Below, one piece after another: positions 38,678-51,868 of a stretch of DNA of 64,000 nt; position 1 is the stretch's first letter; each line of letters starts with the position of its first letter. Both the position numbers and the translations under genes were made by a program. The stretch is from Okamejei kenojei (Eukaryota): positions 4,526,001-4,590,000 of the forward strand of contig CM069155.1 in assembly GCA_035221665.1 (NCBI GenBank), given 5' to 3'. Below the pieces are notes generated by a model. The model was not told where the DNA came from, made no database searches, and was given only the letters and a program-made list of their open reading frames with translations.

Positions 38678-39075
38678 TTGTCCCTGTCCCTGTACCCCTC
38701 ATTTTCCTTATTGTACAGGATGGCATTGTGCTGGAACCATTCCTCAAGGTCCCCCTCCTGCTGCCTGGTGAAGGTGTAGGGCATAACCTTCCTCCAGCTC
38801 TCCCTCACCACCAATGGGCCATCTGCCTCTGATGCTGTGTCAGACACAGGAGAAAGGGCTGCTTTGCTGCCTTCAAATGAGGCAGTGGTGGGGACATATA
38901 GTACCACTCTGGTCTCCTCCTCCAGGGGTCTCTCATGCAGGGCTACCTCCTCCTGCACTATCACCTCCTGTGGCATCACCTCCTGCCACTCCTCCTCCTG
39001 GGTGGGCAACACCTGCACGTCAGGTTTTATTTCGGGTTGTGCCCTACCCCTGCGCTGCTGCCTTTTTGGTGCCAT
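38678..39075 (-). pseudogene. Harbinger ORF2 (Myb/SANT/MADF-like DNA-binding protein) N-terminal fragment
   Basis: MAPKRQQRRGR (NLS-like) ... YTFTRQQEGDLEEWFQHNAILYNKENEGYRDRDK, the start of a MADF-like trihelix domain, cut at the deletion junction. Confidence 0.75.
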
Positions 39076-39984
39076 CTCTAAAACACGTCTCCTCTCCAAA
39101 AAAACTCTCCAGCTATGAATGAACATGCCCTGGAGTGACAGAGGTGAGGTTCTGCTGTTTAAATACTGACCTTTTTTTCACCCCGGAGTTATTACCTTTG
39201 ACTGCCTCCGACCACCTAGGACCACCTACGACTAGCATCACGACCTGCTACGACCTACCTACGACCTCCTCAACCTCCTACAACCTCATGGCGAGCATTC
39301 TGCGAGTATGAGTCAAGGGCAAACTCGGCAGAGGTCATGAATTAGGTCGTGAAAGTGGGACAGGGGCTTTACCAGCTATGCTTCTGTGCCACTCCAAGAT
39401 TCAAGATTCAATTTAATTGCCACTGTACCAATTAAGGTACAGTGACATTTGAGTTACCATACAGCCATACTAAGTAGAAAAAAATATATACACAACACAG
39501 CAAATAAAATTTAACACAAACATCCACCACAGCGGAATCAATATTCCTCCCAGTTGGTTTACTTTTTGTTTGGCTATAGTTTATCACAAATTACCATTCC
39601 TGTTCAGAAGGCTGACATGGGAAATTAAAATAGATTCTTCTCTGAGCATTGACATGGTAACAACTTATTTTTCGAGAAGCAAGGAGAGGGAAGAATTACA
39701 TTTCATGCTTTTCTTCACTCCTTACAAATGCTATGTACGACAGTGATCGCAACTTCTACTGAAGTGTGGATGGCCGTTGGCTCACTAGAAGCTCATCCGT
39801 CCTTTGACAGATCTTGTTTTTGGTCCTGCTGGGGGTCTACAGCCCCCTGCTCACTTAGCAAACTAGGTGGGGGAGACGGCTTAGTTGCTGACTATCTGAC
39901 CATGGAGCAGGTGGCACGGGATTACATGGTACCCATGGCAGGGGAACACCCTGACCGAACTAATGCAGAGTGTTGAGCCAGGGG

Positions 39985-40285
39985 AAAGGGTGCTCTGCAT
40001 TTAAGTTGTTGCCTTACAACACTTGCAGCGCCGGAGACCTGGGTTCGATCCCAACAACGGGCGCTGTCTGTACGGAATTTGCACGTTCTCCCCGCGACCT
40101 CGTGCGTTTTCTCCGAGATCTTCGGCTTCCTCCCACACTCCAAAGACGTACAAGTTTGTAGGTTAATTTGTTCGGTATAAATGTAAATTGTCCCTAGTGT
40201 GTGCAGGTTAGTATCAATTTGTTGGGATCACTGGTTAGTGAGCCGATGTGTCTGTTTCAGTGTCATGCCTCTAAACTAAACTAAA
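39985..40285 (+). mobile_element. HE1/V-SINE-like SINE
   Basis: B box, V-core and tail. Confidence 0.85.
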
Positions 40286-41049
40286 ATATGCTGTAATAAT
40301 GAGCAAGATGTAACTGCTGGAGGAACTCAGCACGTCAGGCATCATCTGTTATATGCAGAGAGATGGTCAACTTATTGCATCAGAATTGTTCCTGCAAAAG
40401 TTATATTGTATATTTGGTTTAGTTATCTGGATGGAGTAAACCATTTCAAACCCATTATTATATAATATCAAGACGCGTGAGCTCAGTATGTCAGGGGGAT
40501 CTATGATATATTAAATCAATGTTCAAGGATATTCAGAACAGTGACACAGGTGGACTGCATGGCCTGCAAAGAATCTGAAACACATCTGCCAGATGATGCA
40601 TTTTCAGTCAACATCTTTTGATTCATGCTCTAGTGAGCATCCCAATGCAGCCTTCGGTTTGCTTCATTGAGTGCTGTGCCACAGTGATGTGGCATGTTAA
40701 GTGCTAGACCTATTGAAAGCCACACAATTCTTTTAACCTCCAGTGTAACTATTTCTACATTGTTCATATCCAGTCATTCTGCTCAAATTTTTTCACCAGC
40801 CTCATCTTTTAGTGGTACAGTTGAATGTGTGGCTAAGGAGCTAGTGCAGGTCGGAGTGCATCACGTATATGTATTATTGGGCTATCGTCCAGGGCATGAG
40901 AGACCTTGTACAACAAGGGCTGATTGCACCCACATACTGGAGCTGTACCAATACCCTGGCAAGGAAGTTTATTACTTGGGGGGGTTCACCTAGTGTGGCA
41001 GGAGTGTGGGAACCAGAGAGGTGGAGAGATTGAAAGGGAGTAGAAGATA

Positions 41050-42320
41050 GGTCAAGTAAGTCTAAAAGGAAGGACAGATATGGCCAGACAATGGTGAGGT
41101 GCTACACTTTGGAAGGTTAAATGTGAGAGAAAAGTATACCTGCCACACATTTCCCTGTATTTCCCTGCCACAGCGGGCACTGGAGGCCAAATCACTGGAT
41201 GGATTTAAGAGAGAGTTGGATAGAGCTCTAGGGGCTAGTGGAGTCAAGGGATATGGGGAGAAGGCAGGCACGGGTTATTGATAGCGGACGATCAGCCATG
41301 ATCACAATGAATGGCGGTGTTGGCTCGAAGGGCCGAATGGCCTCCTCCTGCACCTATTTTCTATGTCGATATATACAGCAAATGGCAGGATCCGCAGGGA
41401 CATTGAAGTACAGATGTATCTTGGGGACCTTGTCCATAGCTACCTGAAAGTGGCATCACAGGTGATAATGAAGGCGTAGAGTGTACTTGCCCTCATTGGT
41501 TGCCGCATGGCGTATAAAGGTCAGAAAGGCATGTTGCAGCTGTATAACACTTTGGGTTAGGGTAGATTTTGAGTATTGGGTGCTGCACTATAGGAAAGGA
41601 TGTGGAGGCTGTGGAATCGGCACAGAAAAGGTTCACCAGGATGTTTAATAATAATAATAATAATAATAAAAATTTTTATTTATGGGCGCCTTTCAGGACA
41701 CCTTACAGATTAAAACAAGCAAATTACAAACATATAAACAAATGAACAAAGCAGTAGTAGCGACATCAACAATACACAATTCAAATGTTGCCTGGTGTGC
41801 AGTTTATTAGGCTTTTTTTTAATCTAACCTGGTTTATTTCTTATTCTTGTTGTCCCTGCCATTTTTTTTTTCATACAGAATGCTTTTATTCGGAACAAAC
41901 AAAAATACAAAGTAGTAACACGATCAAAGAATGCCTATATTGGCATTTTACAAACAAAATTATCAAATTAAAATATTAACATTTTTATCAACAATACATT
42001 CGACCTCCCACGGTGACCAGCGTTCACGGAAGGCCTCCAGAGTCCCCTCTCCAGGGACACGCGGGCACGGGCAGTTTATTAGCCATGAGGAGAGAGAGTT
42101 TGGACAAACTTGGATTGTTTTCTCTGAAGCGTTGGAAGTCGAGTGGTGACACCATAGAAGTATATAAAATTATGGGTGGCATAATAGGGTAGATGGTGAG
42201 AGCCTTTTCCCCAGGGTGGTAATGTCAAATGCTAAAGGGCATAGTGCTAAAGGGGAGAGAGCTAAAGGGCTAAAGGGGAGAGAGGTAAGTTTGACGATGT
42301 ATGAGGCAAGTCTTTTACAG
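41050..42320 (+). mobile_element. Older CR1 interrupted by a young CR1 3' end (41160-41365), an L2-like tail (41645-41783) and a Tx1/L1-like 3' end (41860-42068)
   Basis: The CR1 reads across the inserts (aggttcaccaggatgtt...tgttgcctgg...tttattag). The inserts carry (aat)n and poly-T tails. Confidence 0.7.
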
Positions 42321-42404
42321 AGAGGGATAGGTGTCAGAAGAAAGGTCTCCACCCGAAACGTCACCCATTCCTTCTCTCCAGAGACACTGCCAGTCATTCT
42401 GAGT

Positions 42405-42937
42405 TCAGGGGTTGTCCCACTTTGACGACCTAATCCATGAGTTTAGATTTGAAAAAATGTCAATGTCGTGTTGACTCACCAAAGTAAAAGACCTCCTACT
42501 ACTCTGTCTATGACCTCCTACGACCCCCCCTTGACCTCAGTCCTCTACACCTAAGACCAACTACGACTAGCTATGTGGAAAATGATCACATGATAAAATT
42601 ATGTCTTGTTTACATTTTTCTCTCGGGACAGTTAACGACCTACGACCACCATCACGACCTACTATGACCTACCTATGTCCTACCTACGAGTAAAAAGTAT
42701 CAATTGTTTCATGCCAACCTTTTTTTTAACTCGTGGACATTTTTTATCAGGCTGGAAAAAAACGGCGTGACCTACTTGAGGCCACGAGTACGCGGAGACC
42801 ACTCACGAGCATGAGGAAGAGTTACGAAGACCTCCTATGACCTTCAATGACCTCGTGGCGACCATGCTGCGAGCATGAGTCTAGGGCAAACTTGGCAGAG
42901 ATCGCCAATTAGGTCGTGAAAGTGGGACGGGGGCTTT
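42405..42937. mobile_element. Non-autonomous Harbinger MITE of the 38232 family, inserted in a Penelope terminal repeat
   Basis: ggggttgtcccactttgacgacctaat...attaggtcgtgaaagtgggacgggggct; splits the host sequence ctgagtt|actccagc. Confidence 0.85.
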
Positions 42938-43284
42938 ACTCCAGCTGTTTTTGTCTATCTTAGGTGCCTGCGACTCCAGAGGAAGTGGTAGAAAGAGAAA
43001 TGTTAGGAAAGTTCAAGAGGCATTTAGACAGACACATGAAGAAGCTATGAGTGGAGGGATATCGACCGTGTACAGTCAGATATGCTGTTTAAATTGGCAT
43101 CATGGTCAGCACAGAGATTGTGGGCTGAGGGGCTGTTCCTGTGCCACACTGCTCAGCATTCTATATTCTGATACCCATCTGTATGAGCTACAATGACCAC
43201 CATGCTGTTTAATTGCTTACTGTGCCCATCTGCCCCTCTTCATGGATCACCAATCACAGCTTCCAATGCTCACGTCACTCAGAA

Positions 43285-43535
43285 AAGGTCATAAGGTCAT
43301 AAAGTCATAAGGTCACAGGGGATAGGAGCAGAGTTAGGCTATTAGGCCCATCCAGTCTGCTCTGCCATTCCAACATGGCTGATCTATCTCTCCCTCCTAA
43401 CCCCATTCTCCTGCCTTCTCCCCATAACCCCTGACACCCGTACTAATCAAGAATGTATGTACTGTATCTCTGCCTTAAAAATATCGATTGGCCTCCACAG
43501 CCTTCTGCGGCAATGAATTCCACAGATTCACCATC
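43285..43535 (-). mobile_element. CR1 3' end
   Basis: (ggtcataa)n tail and gaattccacagattcacc. Confidence 0.8.
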
Positions 43536-45002
43536 AGTCGACCTTGATGGCCTCAGAACCATGGTGATAATTTTAGCCCAGCCCAACAAGTGGTAAACAG
43601 GCAACTATTGGACTCGATGTAACCAACCAAAAACGATTCAGTGGTCTAGGGTAAACTTACATCCTTGTATTCCAGGACTCTTTAGAGTGAGGTCACCAGC
43701 CCAGACTATGCAAAGGGGCTAAAAAGCTGCGATGCCATTTTAAGATGGACATGCCAATGTAGCAGTCGGTATTGTACCTGTCCCATAGGTCCAGCAACAA
43801 AGGTTTGATCCTGACCTGCAGTGTTATCGACATCAGCATCTTCTGCCTATGGCCGTTTATACTTCTTTAGGAGTGCTTGCCACCTCCCAAAGACTTGTAG
43901 GTCAATAGAAAATTGGCAGTAGGATATGCAGTTGGGCAGGTGGGGTTAATGGATATACAGTACAAGAAATAATAAGTTAATAGGTTACGGAAAGCAGTGG
44001 GGAAATGGGATTGAAGGGGATTGCACTGTGTAATGACTCAATGGAGCAAGTGTTCTCCGGCTATGTTGCAAGGAAACGCATCGATATGATATTTTAAAAA
44101 GAGAAACGTAGAACCTGTGTAAATGGGATGTGTTAATTTAACATCAGTCATGGAGAAAATGTTGGCATCTGTAACTGAAAATCAAATCCAGATGAGCCGA
44201 CACAGATAATGAGGCAGCTAAAGCATGTGCAAATTTCAACAAGCATATCTATGCTTAACAAACCTCCAATTATTTGAGGAGACAGCAGACCTGATCGGAA
44301 AGGAAAATACGATGGATACAGGGTCTTTAACAAAAGGCTTTGCAGGGCAGCGCTTGGATGAATTACTCAAGAAGATTAAATTAGAGACAGGAAAAACAAA
44401 CTGGATTAAAAATTGGTCATAATGGAGAATGCAAAGGTTAAGGGCAGATTTTCATGGAACTGGGTAGGCGTATCTGACAGAATTCAGTTCTGACCTCATC
44501 TGTTCCTTTGTACAAGTGGCCTTGAGGGCCGGGTTTGAAACTGCAGAGGAGATAAAATAGATTTTACAGGCCCAGAGGAAGCTGCAATAGAATGCGGGAA
44601 AAATGGGAATATTAACAAAAAAAACTTACAGCGACTTTCACTGCCAGTGACCGAGGTATAATTTTGGTAAAATTAAAAGGTAGCAATTATGTTTGCATAA
44701 TTCTGGTGCCATGGGAAAGCAAAGGGATTTTAGATGCACAGTTATAGGCTAATAAGATTGTACAGCAAAGCTGATGCAATTTTATGTTTCTCCATGCCAT
44801 GCAGAATATCAAAACTGAGTCCACATAAACCCCAATAAGGAGTTGGAGTATTGTGTGTCATAAGGATCTAGGATGGATATTGTGTCTTTGGGAAGGATGT
44901 GATCAAGATTTCAAATGATTTGGCCTGGAACAATATAAATACAAGGAGCAGCTTCAGAAATTGGAGCTCCTTTCAGTAAGAATATGGTATTAATGTGATC
45001 GA

Positions 45003-45370
45003 GGTTTAGTTTAGTTTGGAGGTATTGCGTGGGAACAGGCCTTTTGGCCTATCGAGTCCACACTGACCATCGCTGACATTAGTTCTGTGTTATCCACCTT
45101 CGCACCCTACACACCAGGGGCAATTTACAGAAGCCCATTAACCTACAAACCTGCACGCCTTTCGAATGCGGGAGGTAACCGGAGCACCGGAGGAATCCCA
45201 TGCAGTCACACAAACAAGCATATTTATGCTTAACGAACCTCCATTAATCTGAGGGGATAGTATGCGGAGAACAAACAAACTCCACACAGACAGCACCTGT
45301 AGTCAGGATTCAACTCGGGTCTCTGGCGCTGTGAGGCAGCAGCTCTACCCCTGCGTCACTGTGCCGCCCG
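45003..45370 (-). mobile_element. HE1/V-SINE-like SINE with a ~55-bp foreign insert (45210-45265)
   Basis: The SINE consensus is interrupted between ...cagtcac and ggagaac... Confidence 0.85.
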
Positions 45371-45850
45371 CTCAGAGTTAACGGTGTTCAAGGTTAGGGA
45401 CGACACACCTGAAAGCTTTGGACTGGTTCTAGTAACTGGTGAACTCAAAACAAGGCAGCCTCAATAGAAGATTCATTATTGGAGGCATCGTTGAGAGAGA
45501 AGGAGAGAATTCTTCACTGACGGAGATGTGACACTGTAAAATTGATGAAAAAGGATTGAAGAATCTACGTTAGCATTGAAGATGAGATTGGGTCGGTGAA
45601 CGAGGAACTAGGAACATGTCAGGTTAAAGTAAATGTGCAACTGTAAAGGGACATAGACTGTTGTCGTGCCTTGGTTTCTGTGCTGCAGCACCTGAATCCT
45701 TGCGCTGAACTTTTCAACATATATTATAGGTTTAAATTAAGAAGAGTTTTTATTTAGGAGCACCAGAGGACTTCAAACCGAAGCTGGGTGGTAGCCTGGT
45801 GAAGCCAGAATATTTGGGTCACCACTGATATCTCCTTGTGTGTAACTTAA

Positions 45851-46175
45851 GGGCGGCACCGTGGGTCAACGGTAGAGTTGTTGCCTTACAGCAAATGCAG
45901 TGCGCGAGACCCGGGTTCGATCCCGACTACAGGTGCTTGTTTGTACATTCTCCCCATGACCTGCGTGGGTTTTCTCCAAAATCTTCCGTATCCTCCCACA
46001 CTCCAAAGACATACAGGTATGTTGGTTAATTGGCTTGGTAAATGTAATAATTGTCCCTGGTATGTGTAGGATAGTGTTAATATGTGGGGATTGCTAGATG
46101 GCGCAGACCTGGTGGGCCGTAAGGCCTTTTTCCGCCTGTATCTCTAAACGAAACTAAACTAAACTAAACTAAACT
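45851..46175 (+). mobile_element. HE1/V-SINE-like SINE
   Basis: Head, V-core and (taaac)n tail. Confidence 0.88.
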
Positions 46176-46656
46176 TATGTTGCCCTCTCAAAGTGTTCAG
46201 CTGATATTTGATTTGCCGAAGGAGGTGATTAACTGAGATATGTTGAAGATGGACACGAAAAGCTAGAGTAACTCAGCGGGTCAGACACGGAGAGGGAAAC
46301 CAGAGGTATCGAAGGGAAAGGTGTGAAAATGACAGATCAAAGCAGACAAGTCCAGGAAATAGTTCATTGTTGGTTGAGAGGAAAATAAACAGTGAAATTA
46401 ATCAGGAGGACAGTGAAACTAGTCGGAGAACTTGGGTGGGGAGGGATGGAGAGTGAGGGAAAGCAAGGGTTACTTGAAGTTAGAGAAATCAATATTCATA
46501 CCGCTGGGTTGTAAACTGCCCAAGCAAAGTATGAGATGCTGTTCCTCCAAATTGCGTTTGGCCTCACTACAAGATGGCACCTCAGGTAATGCAGCCGTCC
46601 CTCCACAACTCTGCAGTGGCCCAGAGTGCCCTCTGGACTAATTCAGTTCCTCCATT

Positions 46657-46893
46657 TGTGTAAGAAGAAACTGCAGATGCTGGTTTAAACTGAAGATAGA
46701 CACAAAAAGTAACTCAGCCGGACAGGCAGCATCTCTGGAGAGAAGGGGAATGGGTGACATTTCGGGTCTTGACCTGAAACGTCACCCATTCCTTCTGAAG
46801 TCTGAAGAAGGGTCTTGATCCAAAACGTCACCCTTTACTTCTCTCCAGAGATGCTGCCTGTCCCGCTGGGTTACTCCAGCTTTTTGTGCCTAT
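46657..46893. mobile_element. Penelope terminal fold-back mini-insertion with multiple hammerhead pieces
   Basis: TSD attcagWWcctccatt (46641-46656, 46894-46909). A further minus-strand Penelope fragment lies at 46245-46570. Confidence 0.85.
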
Positions 46894-48199
46894 ATTCAGA
46901 ACCTCCATTAGACTGAATTGAAGGAGATATGCAGACGGGATGTTCTTCCCTCACCTTCCCTGCAGTGTAACATCCTCCATCATGAGGTCTACTCACCATC
47001 AGACGATTTTCCCACCATTTCAGATCTTCATTGCTACATTCTAAACAACTTTATAAGAAATAGCTTCCAGCTCAAAAAATAACCGAGGGCCACATTTAAA
47101 CCAAAATCAAATGGCTGAAACTTTAGTGCAGTGACAAATATAAACTGTACGCATAGTACCTCTGCATGAAATAGGATCTCAATTACTCTAACAGGACTGA
47201 CTGTAACTGACTCATAAATATACTGTACGACCTTCCCGACAGGGATAAACAGCGTCTAATAGAAAACCACTGATCGCCCTTGACTATCTTCACTTCAACA
47301 GTATTACGTACATCAGAGCCGACAAAGTCCAAAACCCCTGGACCATCAAGCTCACTGGAACAAATATCAACACAAGTCTGTAATTGTCCAGCGTTGAGTC
47401 GATTGATTTAAAATATGCTTATTCCTCTTTGGTGATCAGTTGGAACATTCGCTCACCATATTAAGCTTCCTTCAAATATAAACGGCCAAATTCTCTTATC
47501 TGTGGCCCTGAAAACTATGGCACTCTGATTGAAAACCAATCTGTTGGACGTGAGAATGAAATAAGCAGCCAAGGTTTAATGTGGTCCTGACTAACACTTG
47601 CATTACCAATTGAGACAAGCATCTGTCATAGTTTTTCTCTGCAACGTCAGAGGCTAAGGGACGACGAGAGAAACATATTTAATGCTGAGAGGCTTAGATA
47701 GGATAGACAGTCAGAACCTTTCTCCCAGGGTGGAAATGTCCACCACTAGAGGGCATAGCTATAAGGTGAGAGGGTGGAGGCTTATTGGAGATGTGCGGGG
47801 AAGCTTTTAACACAGAGGATGGTGGGGGCCAGGAACGCATTGCCAGTGGTGGTGGTGGTGGCAGACACAATAATGGTGTTTAAGAGGTTTAACATAGGCA
47901 CATGGGATTGCAGGGAATAGTGGGATCGGCATCATGTACAGCATGAACATTGTGGACTGAAGGGCCTGTACTGTTCTATGACTAAAGGAAGCAATCCGAC
48001 TATCACAGCCTCTTTTCCTTACTCCGTGTGGCACTGTTTATACCACGCTTACTTTGATGCTCTGAACAACTTCATTTTGCTTGAAGAACAGATGTTAGCC
48101 TTTCTGTGTGCTGAATAATCACTTGTATTCAGCAGCCGACGTCTTCCTTGTAAATGAAGAGCCACATCGCTCTTCAGCCTAAACTGCTGACGATTAAAA

Positions 48200-48417
48200 G
48201 AAGATCAACTCAAATTGCTGGAGTAACTCTGTGGGACAGGCAGCATCTCTGGATAGAAGGAATGGGTGATGTTTCGGGTCGAGACGAGGTCTAAAGATGG
48301 ATCGTGAACCGAATCACCACCCATTCCTTCTCTCCAGAGATGCTGCCTGTCCCGCCGAGTTACTCCAGCGTTTTATGTCCATCTTCGGTTTAAACAAGCA
48401 TCTGCAGTTCCTTCCTT
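48200..48417. mobile_element. Penelope terminal fold-back mini-insertion; another plus-strand terminal fragment at ~48700-48950
   Basis: Inverted arms; ctgaagaagggtctcgacccgaaacatc at 48846-48873. Confidence 0.78.
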
Positions 48418-49999
48418 CGACTTTTAAAATAAATTGTCTTTCCTATTTCAGGGATAACAGCAAAGCTCATTAGAAAAGTAATATAGAATCCAGTCAAATA
48501 TGATTCGTGATTCTATCAAAACAGTACAATTAATTACTTGCCCGGTCACCTCTTGTTTCTAATCATTGATGGAACCTTTGCATTCCACATTTGATAAACA
48601 AATGCTTTTGCTCCCATTTTTCAAGATGTGTCAAAGTACTCTATACGTTGCTTACTATTATGGAGACAGTGACATATCTCAGTTGGGGCAAGGGCTAACC
48701 CCTTTTCACCTAGCCCACAGCTAACAATGGCCAGTTTCCGTTATCATCGTAACTTTTTTTGCATACAGTATCTCTCATTCATTTGTCCTATATCTCTCTA
48801 CATCACCGTCTCTATCTCTCGTTTCCCTTTCCACTGATTCTCAGTCTGAAGAAGGGTCTCGACCCGAAACATCACCCATCCCTCAAAGTTACCCCAGCAT
48901 TTTGTGTCTATCTTCGAGGTAAACCAACATCTGCAGTTCCTTCCTGCACGTGCCATCGTGTAAGCTATGGAAACAAAGTCCTAACTGTCTTCACACATAC
49001 AGACAAAATAACCCATGGCACAATTTTGAAGATTAGGAGAGAAATTCTCACTAATAACCCAACCAAATGCATCCCTTAATCCACCACACTTAAAAGTGAA
49101 TGATTCAGTCACTATCGCCACCTTGTTGTGGGGCTTTCCTGTGCACTAATTGGTTACTGTATTTCCTACAGTAATGAATGCACTTCAAAAGCACTTCATT
49201 GATTCTTGAGGACTTTTGGATGTCCTGAAGTAATAAAAGAAGACACTATCTATCTGATTGCCCGCTTTCTCCTTTTGGTACTCTCTCAGTTGAAGATGAC
49301 GCGTGGCTCAGGCAGCTGAGCTGAACAAAGAGGCAAACTGAATAACTGCATAACCCTCTCTGAAAAAAATAATTAGGTTAAATGTACCAAGTGGTTTATC
49401 AGAGATTGAAGTCTTAACAACAGTTGGCAGCATTTCAGGGGGCATGAAAAAGTAGTTTTGGAGGAGACAGTAGATTGGAGGGATGGATTTAAAAGAGGGA
49501 ATAGTGACTGGGAAATATGTAGAGATATTTACTGCAGAGAAGTGTCAGCAGGTTATAATATGAGAACTGGCTCACCAGCTTTTTTGTGTCTATATTGGGA
49601 TTAAACCAGCATCTACAGTTCCTTCCTACACACTAAAGCTTGGTCAATTTATGATTAGGATAATAAATGTAACCTTTGATCACATTGCACCGTTGCCAAG
49701 GTCCTCCTGTATACAACACCTTAGTCTGTCTCTAACTGACGAGCGCAATATAAATGTTAAAAATTGTTATTTTAAATGTTTTACAGTCCAATAAAGTGAT
49801 TTAATTTTGTTTTGTTAACCTCCATTTAATTATATTGCCTGAGGGTAGATTGATTCAGAATGGAAAGACATGAGGTTGACTCATGTTCAAAGCCAGGCGG
49901 CCTGATAGTTCATACAGTACTGATCTGACTAAAATATAGGAGACTGACAAGTATTGGATGCTAAGTAACTGGTTTTCCTGGACGAAGATCTCTGAACTC

Positions 50000-50270
50000 A
50001 GCACAGTGGCACAACGGTAGTTGCAGGGTTCGATCCTGACTACGGTTACTGTCTGTACGGAGTTTGTACGTTCTCCCCATGACCTGCATCGGTTTTCTCC
50101 GGAAGTTCTGGTTTCCTCCCACACTCCAAAGACGTACAGGTTTGTAGGCTAGGTTACATTGTAAATTGTCCCTAATGTGTGTAGGATAGTGTCAGTGTGC
50201 GGAGATCATAGGTTGGCGCGGACTCGCTGGGGCGACGGACCTGTTTCCCTACAGTATCACTAAACAAAAA
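50000..50270 (+). mobile_element. HE1/V-SINE-like SINE
   Basis: Head, V-core and tail. Confidence 0.82.
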
Positions 50271-50829
50271 TAACTGAAGTGCTACCATATTCGGATAAGG
50301 TTCGGCCATTTAAGACTAAGAGAAAGGGACTATTTCCACATCCAAAGTTGTAAATCTTTGGAATGTTCTTTTCTATGTAGTGGTCAACATTGAGTAAATG
50401 AATACAATTAAAGCAAATTTCTGTAGAATTCACACTCTAAAGGAAGCCAAGAATATGTTGATCAGACAGAGTGGAATAGGGATAAATAATTATTGAATGG
50501 TGGTGCAGGCTCATGTGATCATATGGACTACACCCGATGCGGTCTCATTTATTCTTCTGATGCTGCCACAAGATATCCACAAACCTCTCACTACCTGCTT
50601 ACACTCCCTGCTACCTGTAACATTAAAATAAAATCAGAAGTTGTTCGAGCTCTTGTTTTATTTCTTCAAGCTTATCAAGAACGTTCAGTTCTACCTTTCT
50701 ACAGTGGATTACCTCAGTGCTTCATTCCCTTTTCTGTCTTTGATGACATTTAGATGGATTTTAGACAGGTACATGGATGTGAGGGAACATCGCGATACGG
50801 ATCACGTATAGGCACAGAGGGTTAGTTTA

Positions 50830-51170
50830 ACCTGGATAGAGTGGACGTGGAGAGGATGTTTCCACTAGTGGGAAAGCCAAGTTCATAACCTCAGAATTAT
50901 AGGACGTTCCTTTAGGAAGGAGATGAGGAGGAATTAATTTTGTCAGATGGTGGTGAATCTGTGGAACTCATTACCACAGAAGGCTGCGGAGGGCAGGTCA
51001 AAGCATATGTTTGAGGCAGAGATACATAGATTCTAGTATGCGTATCAGGGGTTGTGGGGAGAAGGTGGGAGAATTGGGGTTGGGAGGGAGAGAAAGATCA
51101 AGCAAGATTGAATGGCAGAGTAGACTTGATGGGCTGAATGGCCTAATGCTGCTCCCACTAATGAACATGA
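50830..51170 (+). mobile_element. CR1 3' end nested in an older CR1 tail
   Basis: ctggatagagtggacgtggagaggatgtttccactagtggga...; same subfamily as 23970. Confidence 0.8.
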
Positions 51171-51868
51171 ACCTGGCATCATGTTAACAGTGACTTTGTG
51201 GGCCTAACAGCCTTTTCCTGTGCAGTACTGTTCAATGTTCTCTGTTGAAGGGGAGGGACCTACCAGTGCAAAAAACAAGGCAAGCCCATCGCTCTACATG
51301 AAAACTATTGCACCCCCAGCTGCCATGCAAGTTGCAAAAACCTTATGTTAATGTTGCATTGCCAACTATGTTTGATGTTAACAGCATGCCAATCAAAATA
51401 AGCATTCTTACAGTCTTACAGTTTGGTCTGAGTGGGGCCAGTTTGCTGCTTTGATATATGGACCTCTCCCACAAACCACAATTATTAGGAAACAATTTTC
51501 TTTTCAAAATGTAAGTTAGTCAAGGAAAGAGCGTTCACGTCGCGGCCCTGTTTCTGCCGCCACGCACAAGAAGCACGAGACAGACACCATTGTATGTCGA
51601 TGCCGAGAAATGTGTTCAGGTCTGGCTGAACAACTTCTAATCTTGCGTGTGGACTCAATAAGAAGAAGAAGATGGTACCATGGGATGGGAGAGTGGCCAC
51701 TTACAGGGTGTTCCCTGCCTCCATTATTTTAGCAAGAGCATTATTCCAATTAAAAGATGGAACCTTGTGCAATAACAGGGCTTTGAATAATCACATAACA
51801 TCGATGCCAGCTATCTTCCAGTACCAGATGCAAAGATTCAAAGTCAGTTTCTCAAATTGGTATGCTAA

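Larger units (their letters stand above)
38232..39368. mobile_element. Internally deleted PIF/Harbinger DNA transposon
   Basis: TIR agcccctgtcccactttcacgacctaattca...tgaattaggtcgtgaaagtgggacaggggct with TTA TSDs (38229-38231, 39369-39371). Subterminal (ctacgac)n repeats and remnants of both ORFs. Confidence 0.92.

Noticed and set aside
38383-39126. 247-aa ORF as a host or domesticated gene
   Set aside because: Lies wholly within Harbinger TIRs and is a deletion-junction chimera of ORF2 with antisense transposase sequence.
51520-51680. CpG-containing stretch with a lysine-rich + strand reading and a GT after AAGATG
   Set aside because: Opposite strand to SRRM4, with no recognisable homology or convincing acceptor; it cannot be supported as an exon.
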